Shown here piece by piece: positions 26,444 through 41,689 of a stretch of DNA of 64,000 bases. The position numbers and the translations under genes were made by a program. The notes beneath the pieces are model-generated. The model saw nothing but the letters and a program-made list of their open reading frames with translations, was not told where the DNA came from and did no database searches. Source of the stretch: Octopus vulgaris (taxonomy: Eukaryota); assembly GCA_951406725.2 (NCBI GenBank), contig OX597815.1, positions 145,576,001 through 145,640,000 on the forward strand, given 5' to 3'. Every line of letters starts with the position of its first letter. Position 1 is the stretch's first letter.

Positions 26444-27600
26444 CATACGTACAAATAAACTATATTTATTCGCCGATGCAGTGTTGAGCACTCATTCTCA
26501 CTGTTCGATATTTATATATACATCTGTAACATACACACATATAAACATATGTGTGCATGTATGTGTGTATGTGTGTGTGTATGTGTGTGTATGTGTGTAT
26601 GTGTGTGTGTGTGTGTGTGTGTTTGTGTATGTTTATTCATATCTATGTCTTTATCTGTCCATCTATCTATATAAGTATACATATATGCAGCATTAAACTG
26701 AAATCCAATTATGGCAAGTTATTGCAGTATTTGTCCAGAGATATAATCTCTTATTGACGTATTGTGTTTACAATCATAATATATAATAGAAAGAGGCAAA
26801 AATGTTTAGACAAGTTGTATCGCCTACGATATATAGGAAGCAGTGAATAAATATTCACTGATATTGCGAAAAGCTGCCTGGTTGTATGAACATCCGTTAT
26901 ATACATTAATGAATTAAAATAACCATCTATGCATCGTTCTTAATACAAATACGTAGTTGAAAGGCAATTTAGTGCAGTATTTCTTATGTATCGAAGCCGA
27001 CAAAGGTATGTGGCTAATCGTGAGTATGTGTCATTGATATGGTTCAACGTAGCCGAAATGTTCTTGTGTCTGGGGAGAGTCATTCTCTTTTATTATTTAA
27101 CATTCTCTTTTATTGTTTAACAGACTCACGGGTTCAGTTTCCACTCATTTACTTATTTATTTTTTCTATAATTTTCGTTGCATCTTGCAACCTTTTCAAC
27201 AGTCGTTGAAGAATAACATCACTTAAATGGCAGCCAGTAGAGTCAATGACTATCGAAAAGGTTGCAAGACGCAAGGAAAATTTTAGAAAAAGTAAATAAG
27301 TAAAGGAGTGGAAACTGAACCGGCGAGTGTGCTAAATAATAAGGCACTGAAAGAGAATGACTCTCCCCAGACACAACAAAATATGCTTCAACACACGAAC
27401 TCACATAAAGAATCTTGCAAACCAAAACCAAAACCAAAAATGAAATATATATATATTCTATTTTCTCTCCCTTTTTATTTCTGTGTTCCTTTCTGTCGAA
27501 GAGCGTTGGCTCGAAACGTAAACGACTTTCTCATTTCTCGAGCGTTAAACTAATACATCTGTTTGTTGTTTACACACCCGTCTTCGTCTTTAGTAAATTC

Positions 27601-27683
<83 letters not shown>

Positions 27684-27778
27684 CTGTACAATAATAATAT
27701 ATATAATGATAATTAATCTCCGATTTTAAAGTGACAATTTTTTAAATATAAACAAATGATTCAGCCTGAGGTTAGCTT

Positions 27779-27858
<80 letters not shown>

Positions 27859-29891
27859 AATTGGAATTAAACGCAGGTGCTATTCAAATCTTTATATCTC
27901 CCACATATGTTTCGAAGAAAACATTTGTATTATTCCTGGGGGAATAAAATGACTTAAAGCAATGTAATCATCTCGTCAAGGAAAAAAGAGAATTCTCTTG
28001 TAAATACCTTTAAAGAATGCGTTTATCGTTGCAAAAACTGGAAAAAAAAACATACTTTTAGTTCCTATAAGTAGTTTCTATCAATCTATAAAATTTGACT
28101 TTTGACTGTCTTCTTATATCTCATTTCTACTACATATATCTATCTTCACGCCTTTAAGCTTTATTTCCACTCATTTATCGCACTATATTTCTCCACTCTT
28201 AATTTTCTGTTAATTTCTCTTTCTCCTCCTTGTCTTTCTCTAAATTGCCTTTGACGTTAAATCTACTAACGGTTCTTTAAAATAACTTGGCAGCGTTCCC
28301 TTCATCATATACGCAGTAATCACATTCGGTTAAAATGACTTATTGATGTGTTTTGTTTCTCTTTTTTTTCCCTGACTAGATGATTATATTGTTTTACAAC
28401 ATTTTATTACCTCAGGAATAATACCAATATTTTCTTGGAAACATACGTCGGAAGTATAAAGATTTGAATAACACCTGCGTTATATATATATATATGTACA
28501 TAAAATGTTTTCAGAATGAAATAAAAAAACCAAGGCTTTAACCAAGGCTTACCCTTTTCTTTTTTTTTTTTTTTAATCTCATTCTGAAAAAAAGATTTTT
28601 ATATATACACATGCTGATATGGATAAATCATAGTTAAGTTACGAACCTGGAACTTAGCTATGATCTATCCATAGTTACCTGATACCTTTGGGTCTTATTG
28701 ACACCATTACCTCTCATAACCTATATATATATATATAAATAAATGGAGTTTAACGCAGGTATAAATCAAATACTTTTACACACTCATATATATATATATA
28801 CAATAAAATACACACACACACACACATATATATATCTTAGAATTCTCTCATCCTTAGACAACCGCACCAACCAAAAATTTCTTTATAGCGACCAAATGTT
28901 AGTTTCACATAAGGTCAGTCCGCTCACCCAATCCGCATCGCCCATATTGATGCGCGGTGTGCCATAAGTCAGATGTCAGACTGCTCGCAGAGAAACGTAA
29001 AATGAAATGATTTGCTCAAGAACAACGCACAGCAAATAACCTCTAGGAAATATATATATATATGCATATATCTATACAATAATATGTTACATCACTCAAT
29101 AGTCAAGATAAAACTCAGAGTTTTATCTTGACTATCGAGTAATGTAACATATTATTGTGTAGATAAATTTCCTCTATTTACATAATATTGAGGTCTCTTT
29201 CTTTCTTTTGTTATCTTACCGTTTTACCAATATATGCATATATGTACGTATGTATGTATGTATGTATGTATGTATGTATGTATGTATGTATGTATGTATG
29301 TATGTATGTATGTATGTATGTGTGTATGTACGTATGTACGTATTCTATTATTCTTTTACCTGTCTCAGCCATTTTGACTGCGACCATGCTGGAGCACCGC
29401 CTTTAGTCGAACAAACCGACCCCAGGACTTATTCTTTGTGAGACTAGTACTTATTCTATTGTTTTTTTGCCGAACCGCTAAGTTATGGGGAAGCAAACGC
29501 ATCAACATCGGCTGTCAGGCGATGGTGCGGGGACAAGGACAGACACACACACACACCACACACACCACACACACACACACACACACATACACACACACTC
29601 ATATATATATATGACAAGCGTCGTCAACATGTGATGTAATGAGAGCTGATAAGCCGAAAGTTCGAAGTCACTGTCATAATCATGCTTGATAATAAATAAC
29701 ATATACCCTACTATTCTACTAAAAGTGCTGAGAAATATTTAATGTTAAATTTGAACTTGGGCAGAACTTCATTTAAAAGAAATACACACACATATATACA
29801 TATATACATATATACATATCTGTATATGTGTGTATGTATATATAGGTATGCGTGTTTATGTATGCATATATATATTCACAAATACATATAT

Positions 29892-29994
<103 letters not shown>

Positions 29995-29997
29995 CAT

Positions 29998-30067
<70 letters not shown>

Positions 30068-31726
30068 CGCATACATAACAACACTACCATGCGGTGCCAT
30101 CTTTCAAAGAATTAGGCAAATAATTTAGAATTTAGACGAAGTGCATTTGTTACACTAATCTGTATTTGATATCAACGAGATCAGTTCGAGTGGAAGGCGC
30201 GCATAAACAGGCTCGTTACTATGGCGGTATCTAAACACTTCGGGGTCAAAAGTGTCACTGTTGAAAGGTAAGCTGTAAGAGAAACAACAGCTTCAACAGA
30301 ATTAAAGTTCATACAAGTCTGTAATTTATATCGCTCATATAGAATATGGAACAGTGGAAAGGAATTGCCAGCAATGATCGATAATAGATTTCCAATGCAG
30401 TAGAAGCTATTATGCAAATTAATGTGGCAAGACTACACACAGCTGAAATGGTGAGGAAAGGACACAATGTCAATTTAGCTTTATTATTGTATCACTTAGT
30501 TTAAGCGTCTCAGGGGGATATGGACACACACGCACACATACATACATAGATGAGTGTGTGTGTGTGTGTGTGTGCGCGTGCGAGTGTATATCTGCATTTA
30601 TATCTGTTTGCCTATCTATCAGTCAATGAATCAATACATACATACACATTACATGCTTACATGTAGTAATAGAGATGTCTACACACGTGTATATATACAT
30701 ATGAGTGGTGTAGGCAAGTGTGTGTGTGTGCATATATATATATGTATACATATATATGTATGTATATATATATATACATATATAATATATATGTCTATAT
30801 ATTATATATATATGAATGTATATAGACACACACACACTCATATATATACACGCACATACATACACATGTGTGATTGTATGTGTACGTATATGTATATGTG
30901 TGTGTGTGTGTGTGCTTCTATATACGTGTATATGTATATAAATGTATAAATATACATACACATGTATAAATATATTGAGAGATAGAAAATCGATAAGCGT
31001 GTGAGCATTGAATGCATACCAGCGTATATGCTAAGCAAACATGAAATTAACCTCCTAACCTACCACAACCACCACCGCCACCACCACCACCTGCACACGC
31101 ACCAGCAGCATCACCATCACCATCATCATAAACTCAACTACAACTATAACAATAACAACACTTCATTAGATCAGAAGAATGTATGTTTATTCTATCTTAT
31201 TCAGTGATATTGAATCATTTTCCTTTCTACTAATTCACCTCCTCATTGTCCCTCACATTTAGCCCCTAGGTATCTTCCTCTCCATCCTCCTGTCTCTCCC
31301 TCCCACTACCTTTCTACCAACTTTTCTCCTTCTTCTCTCTTTCTTTCTATAATTCTCTCTTTCTTTCTATATTTCTGTCTTTCTCTCCCCCTTCTCTCTC
31401 TTTCAGAGATTTTGTTCAAGTTTATTAAAAAAAACAAACAGAAGTTGCTTTGCTTAGTTTGAGTATTTAGATATTCTCCTTTTATATATTCATAAGGAGG
31501 GAGGAAAACGAAAGAGAGCAAGTGAGAGAGAGAGAGAGAGAGAGAGATATAGAGGAGAGAGAGAGAAGGAGAAACAGAGAGGACAAGAGAGACAGAGAGA
31601 GAATGGGAGAGTGAGAGGTAGAGAAGAAGGCAGACAGGAAGAGATAAAGTGCTTGTGTCTTTGAATAAGCGAAGATGTGTAAATATCAATCTGTAGGTTC
31701 TGAAAGGAGAGCACCAGTGTAATACA

Positions 31727-31790
<64 letters not shown>

Positions 31791-31990
31791 GGGGCTGCCA
31801 AGATTGGAGCAGTCTCGAGTATAACCAGCCGAAACTGCAAAGATAATCTGGAAGTCGCCTGACGGAAGAAAACTCTGAATGACCCGTCCTTGTTTTTTCT
31901 TGTCCCTTTTTTGTATCATCTGTCTGAATGTCTTGCGTTCTTGTCCCATTATAGCGGCGGCGTACGTACACTTTGGTCTCTTATATGTAA

Positions 31991-32047
<57 letters not shown>

Positions 32048-32187
32048 AATTTTGTACGACTCTCTTATTCTTTCATTCTTTCTTGTTTTTTGAGTGTTAT
32101 AGATTGACGTCAAAAAAAACTGAATGCCCAATACATATAATTCAATGTCCATCTGTCTGTCCGTCCGTCTGTTTGACTGTCCGTCTG

Positions 32188-32304
<117 letters not shown>

Positions 32305-32439
32305 ATATATGTGCCTGTCTGTCTGTCTGTCTATCTATCTATATATCTGTATATATATATATATATATATATTACATATAAATACACACACACACACACA
32401 CATATATATATATCTATATATATAACTTAGATAACTTAG

Positions 32440-32815
32440 ATTGGTTTCGGCCATTATCGGCCCAGCCCACGACTAACTCAATAGTACCACCTCGAAAAAT
32501 CTTTTAGTTAATTATTTCGGGACACCATGGACCACTCAAGCAGAGAGTTGTTGTTGGTTGAGACGTATCCAGGTGTAGGTGGTTTATCCGGTATTTCCTG
32601 GAGGAATTTGTCCAGGTACCGTTTGAAAGTTGTGGGGTCTTTTTCTACTTTAATTTCTTTCAGGATAACAATGAAAAGTTCAGGACCATTTACAGTGAAG
32701 AAATTGTAACGCAATGTTCTTATGTGATGTGGTTTCGACCTTTGTTGGGGACGCATTCGACAGGGGCCAAGTTTTGGGGGGAATTGTAAGCATAATACCG
32801 ATATCATTTGGATAA
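32440..32815 (-). mobile_element. CR1/L2-group LINE ORF2 C-terminus and tail
   Basis: RYNFFTVNGPELF...FKRYLDKFLQEIPDKPPTPGY...NNSL. Confidence 0.72.
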
Positions 32816-33004
32816 TATTTGTACTTTTCTCCGACCTTTTCTCTTTCACCCTGGACTTTTTCCGCTTTCCTCTTTCACTTGAAGAGCTATGCTCGAAAGA
32901 CCATAAATTTTTGTTTCTATGTTAAACATTCTCAGAAGAATCACTGTGACTTTTGTTGTTTTCCTTTCTTTTTATTTATATTTATGCCTTTACATTTGAC
33001 GTCC

Positions 33005-33081
<77 letters not shown>

Positions 33082-33189
33082 GGTAAGCATTTCGCCCGGC
33101 GTGCTAACGATTCTGCCAGCTCGTCGCCTTATTTATCTAAACAATTGAATGAAAAATGATGAGGTAACTCCGACAAACACTCGCACAAG

Positions 33190-33255
<66 letters not shown>

Positions 33256-33784
33256 TACACACACACACACACACATACACACACACACACAATTGTTAAT
33301 TTGTATTCGTCGTAAAGATTAATCGAAAATATATTATTTGGAAAGATAGATTCGTCGAAAGTTTAGTGAAATGTAATGCATAAGGTTCTTCGAAATATTG
33401 ATAATTTCCCCCAAAATTGATATGCTATATATATATAAAAACAATAAGTACATGATTTATATTGATAGTTGAAACATCTGTCAGAATGATTTAAATATTT
33501 AAAAATTTGGGAATTAATTACTAATATATAAAACAGAATTTATAGATTATATATAATCTATAAATGTTGTTGCGGAGTTAACATTTTTGTGTTGGTCATA
33601 AAATATATAGTAAATTCACACCTGAAAAATCATTTGTGTCCTTGAGAAAGATGTCCTTGACACAAAATAATTAAATGAGATTACCTGCTTATGCATCAGT
33701 AAAGTCTATTTGTTCACTGAATCGTAAGGCTTATATGAATATTTTAGAAATATTCAGTATATGGACAATATATATATATATATA

Positions 33785-34143
33785 AATGCGCCCTTTTTTT
33801 TAGAACCTGGCCAGGGTCATAGGTCTGGTTTCCCGGTTTCAATGGCGTATGCGTTCCCCAGCTGGAGGGGACACCAGTCCATTGCACCGTTACGCATTTT
33901 TACCAGCTGAGTGGACTGGAGCAACGTGAAATGAAGTGTTTTGCTCAAGAATACAACGAGTCGTCCGGTCCAGGAATCGAAACCACAATCTTACGATCAT
34001 GATGCTGACACCCTAACCACTAAGCCACGCGCCTTCACAAATGCGCCCTTTTAAAGCCTAGCCGGGCTCATGGACCCGGTTTCTCGGTTTCTATGGCGTA
34101 TGTGTTCCGCAGCTAGACGGGGCGCCAGTCCATTGCAGTGTTA
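33785..34143 (-). mobile_element. SINE family 3, full copy plus an adjacent 3' fragment
   Basis: Reverse complement of the 50647 copy: ggcgcgtggcttagtggttagggtgtcagcatcatgatcgtaagattgtggtttcgattcctgg. Confidence 0.85.
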
Positions 34144-34156
34144 CGAAGTGTCAAAG

Positions 34157-34231
<75 letters not shown>

Positions 34232-34244
34232 GATAGAGAGAGAG

Positions 34245-34275
<31 letters not shown>

Positions 34276-34765
34276 AAGAGAAAGAAATGGGGGAGAGAGG
34301 AGGAGGAGGGAGAAATACAGAAAGGGAGAGAATGAGGGAGAGAGAAAGAGAAGGAAGGAGAAAAGAGAAAGATAGAATAGGAGAGAGAGGAAGGAAAAGA
34401 GAGGCTGTGTGAGAGTTAGAGAGAAAAGTAGATAGGTAGAGAGAGAGAGAGAGAGATAGAGAGAGAGGGAGAGAGAGAACCATTGAATAGAAATGCAAGG
34501 TTTCTATAAGGTAAGTTTATCTGCACTAAGATCAGTTTGATGGCATCACACTGCAATAAGGTTATTATTGGCTGACAACAGCCAATCAAAGTGAAGCCTT
34601 TTGATGATGGTTGAAGAAAGAACAGAAAGAAGTCCAAATGATGAGCATTTGGGAGACTGACTCATTCTTTACCGCCGTTCTTCTTCTCAAAAAATACACA
34701 CGAGTTCATCCTCTCTTCCCCTACCCTCTCTATCCATTTATCTATTTGTGTATTAAAATATGGAA

Positions 34766-34922
34766 AGGAGTGGCTGTGTGGTAAGTAGCTTGTTTACCGA
34801 CCACATGGTTCCGGGTTCAGTCCCACTGCGTGGCACCTTGGGCAAGTGTCTTCTACTATAGCCTCGGGCCGACCAAAGTCTTGTGAGTGGATTTGGTAGA
34901 CGGAAACTGAAAGAAGCCTGTC

Positions 34923-34970
<48 letters not shown>

Positions 34971-35200
34971 GTGTATGTGTTTGTGTGTCTGTATTTGTCC
35001 CCCTAGCATTGCTTAACAACCGATGCTGGTGTGTTTATGTCCCCGTTACCTAGCGGTTCGGCAAAAGAGACCGATAGAATAAGTACTGGGCTTACAAAAG
35101 AATAAGTCCCGGGGTCGAGTTTCTCGATTGAAGGCGGTGCTCCAGCATGGCCGCAGTCAAATGACTGAAACAAGTAAAAGAGTAAAAGAGTAAAGAGTAA
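34766..35200 (+). mobile_element. tRNA-derived CORE-like SINE, family 2, near full length with an internal (TA)n/(TG)n tract
   Basis: A-box TGGCTGTGTGG, B-box GGGTTCAGTCCC, CORE-like gtggcaccttgggcaagtgtcttc, 3' body ending in (GTAAAAGA)n. Confidence 0.88.
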
Positions 35201-35399
35201 AGCGCAATATTCAGAATTTGTTTACATGTGCATGTGTGTGTGTGTGTTGCATATATAATATATGTATATTTTCGGTGCAAATGCTTTTTTTTTATACGGC
35301 GCCGTAAATAATAATAATGGTATTTTTATATAAGCTTAGAGCTTATATAAAAATGCCAATATATATATATTGAAAGAAGTTCAATTGATGACGATAATA

Positions 35400-37490
35400 T
35401 ATGTATATTATGTATATGTATATATGCATATTATGGGTGTGTGTGCATGTGTGCGCGTGTATAAGTGCATGTGTAGATGTGGGAGTGCATGATTGCTATG
35501 TAAAAGTGTGTGCTTGTGTATGCACTTGTATACATGCATGATTGATGTGCGTGAGATTGCACCCATTTTTTTAGGGATATTTATATTTATTTTTTGTATG
35601 GTTGGGGGAGTGAATATTTTGATGTATATATCGAGGTTTGTACGTATGTATATGTATGTGTGAGTGGAGTGGGTATATGTATATGTAGTGGGTGTATGTT
35701 TTACGTGTGTGTATTTGTGTGTGAATGTATAGATAGGGGGATTGCTATATAGGTATGTTATAGTGTTTAGTAAAGGGAGATTTTATCGTTATATGTATAT
35801 ATGAGTTTTCGTTTATCATGATAGTTTTATTAAAGAATTTGTAGTAATTTCTGTCTGTTTAAGTGTTTAACATATTATTCCATTTATTCCATTCATAATT
35901 TTAAATAACGTTCGTTCTCCACGCGCAAAGAATTTTATAATTCCATTCTGTTCCATTCATAATTTTAAATGACGTTCGTTCACCGAGCTAAGAATTTTTA
36001 TAAATATGTTCGGTTTCTATGGTAACGTAATTTTGTTTAAAATTATAACGGCTAGAGTTTGAATTCACTTCATAAATTAAAACAGATTAGGAGGTATGTA
36101 TTTTTTTCTCCTTATGTTAATCGTGTTACTTATGATAATCTGGTTACTTATGGAGTATTTTATATATCGTATTATGTGTAGATATGTTGTTTTTCTTTTG
36201 AGTGTTTATGTATGTGTGAATGTGTGTGTGTGTGCGTATTTGGTTGTGTAATTTATTTATCTATATGGGTGTGGGTGTGAATATATTGTTGTATATATCG
36301 AGTTTAGTACGTATGTATATGTATATGTGAGGGGGTATATGTATATGTTATGGGTGTGTGTTTTACGTATGTGTATTTTTGTGTGTGAATGTATTATGGG
36401 GATTGCTATATTGGTATTATTGTGTATGGTAAAGGGTGTTTTATCATTATATGTATATATGGGTTTCATTATCATGATTGGTTTATTAATGATTTTGGAG
36501 TAAATTCTGTATATTTACGTTGATTACATATTATTCCATTCTTTCCATTCATGATTTTTAAAAAAAACGTTCGATCACCACGCGCAAAGAATTGTTTATT
36601 TTTCTTTTGAGTGTTTATGTATGTGTGAATGTGTGTGTGTGTGTGTGATTGTTTGCGTAATTTATTTATCTGTATGGGTGTGGGTGTGAATATATTGGTG
36701 TATATATCGAGTTCTGTATGTATGTATATGTATGTGTGAGCGGGTATATGCATATTGTTTATGACTGTGGGTTGTATGTGTGTGTGAGGGAGTATGAATA
36801 AGTAATGTGTTGAAGTATTTGGCTATTTTATTAATTTATTCATTTATCGTTGCATAGACGTTTTTATGTGTATGTATAGAGATATATATATTGGTGTGTG
36901 AGTTAGTGTATGTATTTAGATATGGTTATATATATTTAGTTATATGTGTATGAGCATGTGTGTATATATAGTTTATTTTTATTTTGTTTTTGTTTTTGTT
37001 TTTGTTTTTTGTTTTTTTTTGTTTTTTGTTTTTGTTTTTTTTTGTTTTTTGTTTTTTGTTTTTTGTACATCTTTAAATATAAGAACTTTAATAATAGGTT
37101 TCTTTATATTCAATTGTTTATAGGGTTTATTTTAGATTATATATTGATTATATATAGATTATATATAGATTATATATAGATTATATTTATTTATATTTTT
37201 CATTGATAATTTTATTATTTTAAACTTATATTTTAATATATTGATATTTTAGATCGAAAATCCACCTGACGAATGTCATTGAAGACATGAAACGATTGTA
37301 GTGGCGGTTTATTTCTTTATATTAAAAATTTTTATGTATTGATTAAGTCTTTCCTTGTTTGTTTTGCAAAATAGTGGTTTTGTCTCGAATTAATATTATA
37401 TAATATTTTACTATAAAATTGGATTTAATCCTAAATTTGATTTTTTCCCTGTAAATTTGGATTTATTCCCTAATATTTATTATTATTATA
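35400..37490 (+). repeat. TG-rich PLE-type terminal region with internal segmental repeats, ending in an HHR and ATTAAA
   Basis: 35580-35935 is similar to 36250-36595, and 36190-36350 is similar to 36600-36760. HHR at 37262. Confidence 0.5.
37262..37304 (+). ncRNA. Canonical minimal type-I hammerhead ribozyme motif
   Basis: CCAC-CUGACGA-AUGUC(auugaa)GACAU-GAAA-C(gauu)G-UA-GUGG: perfect stems I and II, intact catalytic core, GUA cleavage triplet. ATTAAA follows at 37321. Confidence 0.8.
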
Positions 37491-38415
37491 TATATATATA
37501 TATATAGAGTGTAACTGCCCGAAATGGTCTTGAATTCTGAGACTTGACTGATGAAAGAAAGCCAAGGAAGACCTGCCTTTTTTGCCTGTCCTTCTAATTG
37601 TTGTTTCTGTTGTCCGCTTTGTATCGTCTATCTGTCCGAATGTTTTAATGCCCTCTATTGCGCTTTTGTTTTATCTCTCTCTCTCATATTTATACATATG
37701 CACACATACACACACATGTATATGTATACGAAAGTATATATGTATATATTTATTCATACATTCATACATATATATATGTACATACTAATATATATATATA
37801 TATATATATTTGTACATACCAAAGTATATATATATACTTATACATACATACATACATACATACATACAAATATATATATATATATACATACGTATACATA
37901 CACACACACATACATACATACATACATACATACATACATACATACAAATATATATATATACATACGTATACATACATACACACATACATACATACATACA
38001 TACATACATACATACATACATACATACATACATACATACATACACACATGTATATGTGTGTTATGTATTTTTTGTGCGAATGTCCTCTTCAGTTTTTAAT
38101 TATTTTAATTCTTTCTCTCCGGAAGCAGCTGGTTTCCAACAAAGACACAAAATTCCATCGTTGGAATGTAGGTACCAAAACACAGTATCACATTTAAAAC
38201 TTGAGTAAAGTCTTGCATAATTTTATTGTTCCGCTTAGAAACTGTATTTGTAATGTTCGAAGTAGTTGATTTCTCTTGCAGAAAACTAAGTGCACCAATT
38301 ATTTTTGGTATAAACGTTAATTTATAATCTGGATATTTCGAAGCAGGAGGTTTTGAATCAGTTGTCTGTAATCATCCTCTGTGTATACTCATACATATGT
38401 ATGTATGCATTTATA

Positions 38416-38474
<59 letters not shown>

Positions 38475-38697
38475 ATGTCTGTCTGTATGTATGTATGTAT
38501 GTATGTATGTATGTATGTATATGTCTATATATGTATATATGTATGCATGTCATTGTTCAGTTTTATTTCAATATTTCATGTCAAAAGGGAAAAACCGGTT
38601 TCTAACCTAAATCCAAGGCTACTTCATTGGAATTTGAACATCAACAGGGTGTTTTTATTTGTATGTATGTATGTATGTATGTATGTATGTATGTATG

Positions 38698-38729
<32 letters not shown>

Positions 38730-38976
38730 TGCATGTATGTATGCATGTATGTATGTATATATGTATGTATCGATGTAAAGTAAAGGAGATAGTAGAGCTC
38801 AATATAAGAAGTTATTACGGAAAGGGAGAGATATAAAAAGTGTCCAAGGAAATATGAGCATAAAAACTATGATTTTTATTCTCATATTTCCTTGTATACT
38901 TCCTATATCTCTCCCTTTCTAAAATCTCTTCTTATATTGAACTTTAGGATTTCCTTCTATTTAACTCTCTCATATC

Positions 38977-39024
38977 GTCTCTGATGATGGGATATCTTTT
39001 ATATCCCTGAAACAGCTGTAAGTC
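38977..39024 (+). ncRNA. Minimal hammerhead ribozyme motif
   Basis: GUCU-CUGAUGA-u-GGGAUAU(cuuuu)AUAUCCC-u-GAAA-CAGCUG-UA-AGUC: 7-bp stem II, palindromic helix III, one mismatch in stem I. Confidence 0.72.
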
Positions 39025-39534
39025 TGCGTTTCTCTTTATAAATGTCCTAGCAATTTCACACTGCCTTGGCTTAATTGTCTCATTTTATTTAACACACACA
39101 CACACACACACACACAGAACAGAAACTTGGATATGTATGAGTGATGGAGTAAACTTTAGTTATCTCAACAATATTTCGGCGCATCCTGCATAACTCATTC
39201 GCAAGTGGAAAACTATACAACGAATTCCAATGTAACCCGAAATCTCTTCAGGTGCGACTAGCTTGCACCGTGGGATGCGCTGTAGTTCATTGCATAGTTT
39301 CCAACCCGCGAGGGAGTGGTGGAGGATGTGTCAAAACGATCGTTGTGATATATATAGTTTCCAGTATAATCTATCTTCTGCATCCATTGTTTCTGCTACA
39401 CTCTATTTACCTACCTACCTACCTACCTACCTACCTACCTACCTACCTACCTACCTACCTACCTACCTACCCACCCAAACCAATCCATCCAACCATCCAT
39501 CCATCCATCCTTCCATCCATCCATCCATCCATCC

Positions 39535-39696
<162 letters not shown>

Positions 39697-39908
39697 ATAG
39701 ACATAGAACTGTTTCAGGTATGCATTCATGGTTTTGTTTTATTAATCGATTGATTCATCGACTGAAAATATAACGAATAATCCCTCACCCATGTGAGGGG
39801 GTATTTTCTATATGTCTGTCGATCAATCGGTCATTTGATAAAATTGAACCATGAACACACCCAAATACATATCTTAAACAGCTTTAAATCTATAATAATA
39901 AATAAATG

Positions 39909-40600
39909 TACGAGGGGAAGTCAAAATTTATCCACACTTTCACCCTAACATTTTTATTATTATCACACTGCGTCCTGCGCATACGTGCTTATAGTTTGTA
40001 CTTTTGTGGTCACCTGATCGAAATTTGAGCCTGATCGTGCTATTTTTCTTTCTGGCTTTTCAGTGTCAGCATGACCGCTCCACTAGCAATGTGCACAAAA
40101 GAAGAACAGAAAGCAGTGATCCGATTTCTCTGGAAAAGGGGTGTACGATCGATAGTGCTAGAAACAGTGCTTTGCAGGCCAATAAACTGAAGCTAGCAAT
40201 TCGCCACCAAACGCTGTAGCCTATTGTCGAAGCAAGTTTTGCTGTATAACAATGCACGCGGCCCAAACCGTTGAAACCTTTAACCAATTGTGTTTTGAGG
40301 TGCTGGAACAGCCCAGATCTAGCCTCTTCCGACCATCATAGCTTTGGAACGCTCAAAGATGGTTAACGTAGTCGTCGATTTTCTGCAGATGAAGATGTGA
40401 AGGAAGCGGCGCATAAATGGTTGCACGACCAACCGAGAACCTTCTTCTTGGAGGGAATACGCAAGCTTGTGGACGGCTCAACCAAGTGCATCGGAACGGA
40501 AGGATACTAAATAGAAAAATGATGTAATTGTTTATTCCCTGCTTTTGTGTAGATACATTGAAAAAACAAGAGTGCGTATAGTTTTTGACTCTTCTTCGTA
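39909..40600 (+). mobile_element. Internally deleted mariner element with both TIRs and TA target duplication
   Basis: TACGAGGGGAAGTCAAAATTTATCCACACT / AGTGCGTATAGTTTTTGACTCTTCTTCGTA. Internal NARP...PDLASSD..FGTLK...DEDVKEAAHKWLHDQPRTFFLEGIRKLV...KCI. Confidence 0.88.
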
Positions 40601-41351
40601 TATTACCCGTTGTTATGAACACACACACGCAAACACACACACAAGCACACATATAGACACCTATGTGTGTGTGTGATAAAAACATAAACGGTGGACAAGT
40701 AGTTATTTTATGACACCAAATTATTTACCAATATATCATCTTCCCTCTCTCTTTCTCCCTCTCTTACTCTCTCTCCCTACACCACACACACACACATACA
40801 CACACACACACGCACACACACACGTACTATGATGTTGTGCAATTGCAGCAGGTAAAGGTTGTAATGATACTGCTGATTGAAGAGAGGGAGAAATTTGGAA
40901 ATTTGTTGATAAAAACAGACAACACACGGACTGTCACAGGGAGAAACGTTTAGAAAACTCCATGCAAAAATCTCTGGAGTTCTTCCTATGCTGAAGATTT
41001 TTCTAGAAAAATATTATGGTTTGTCGTTTTATGTTATTGGTTTCTGACTTAATGAGACGTATATTAAGATAGATTGATTGGCTTTCAAATTGCTTCGGAG
41101 CACATTATTTCATGCATATAATAGAAACGCAATTTGCAACTAGACACACATTCACCCACACATACGTGCATATATATATATAATATAATATAATATATAT
41201 ATATATATATATTTATGAATGCATACACACAGAGATCTGTATGTCTGTGTCTATGTGTCACTGTGCCTGTGTGTATTCGAATACATGCATATATAAATAC
41301 ACAGATACACACATACAATGCATACATACAAACTTATGCATGCAGGTGTGG

Positions 41352-41511
<160 letters not shown>

Positions 41512-41689
41512 CAGGATTACAAAAGGCCACATTACATACCAATTTTCTTGTCGTTTCGATTTCTCTGCTGCTATAATTATGGAGGGGTGTTGTGACAGAA
41601 ATTCTTGCTTTACCGAGAGGTGGATTTGAGTGAAAGAAGGTATTATGAAAATATATGAATTAAACGGATACATTATTGTGTGGAGTATT

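Noticed and set aside
31060-31160. Poly-His ORF 31001-31207
   Set aside because: A (CAC/CAT)n simple repeat with no supporting splice or homology evidence.
31790-31980. HHR in the family shared with 37505-37650 and 46855-46995 (ggctg...cagccGAAA)
   Set aside because: Only the 3' half of a possible motif is present. The CUGANGA core is absent or truncated by (TA)n.
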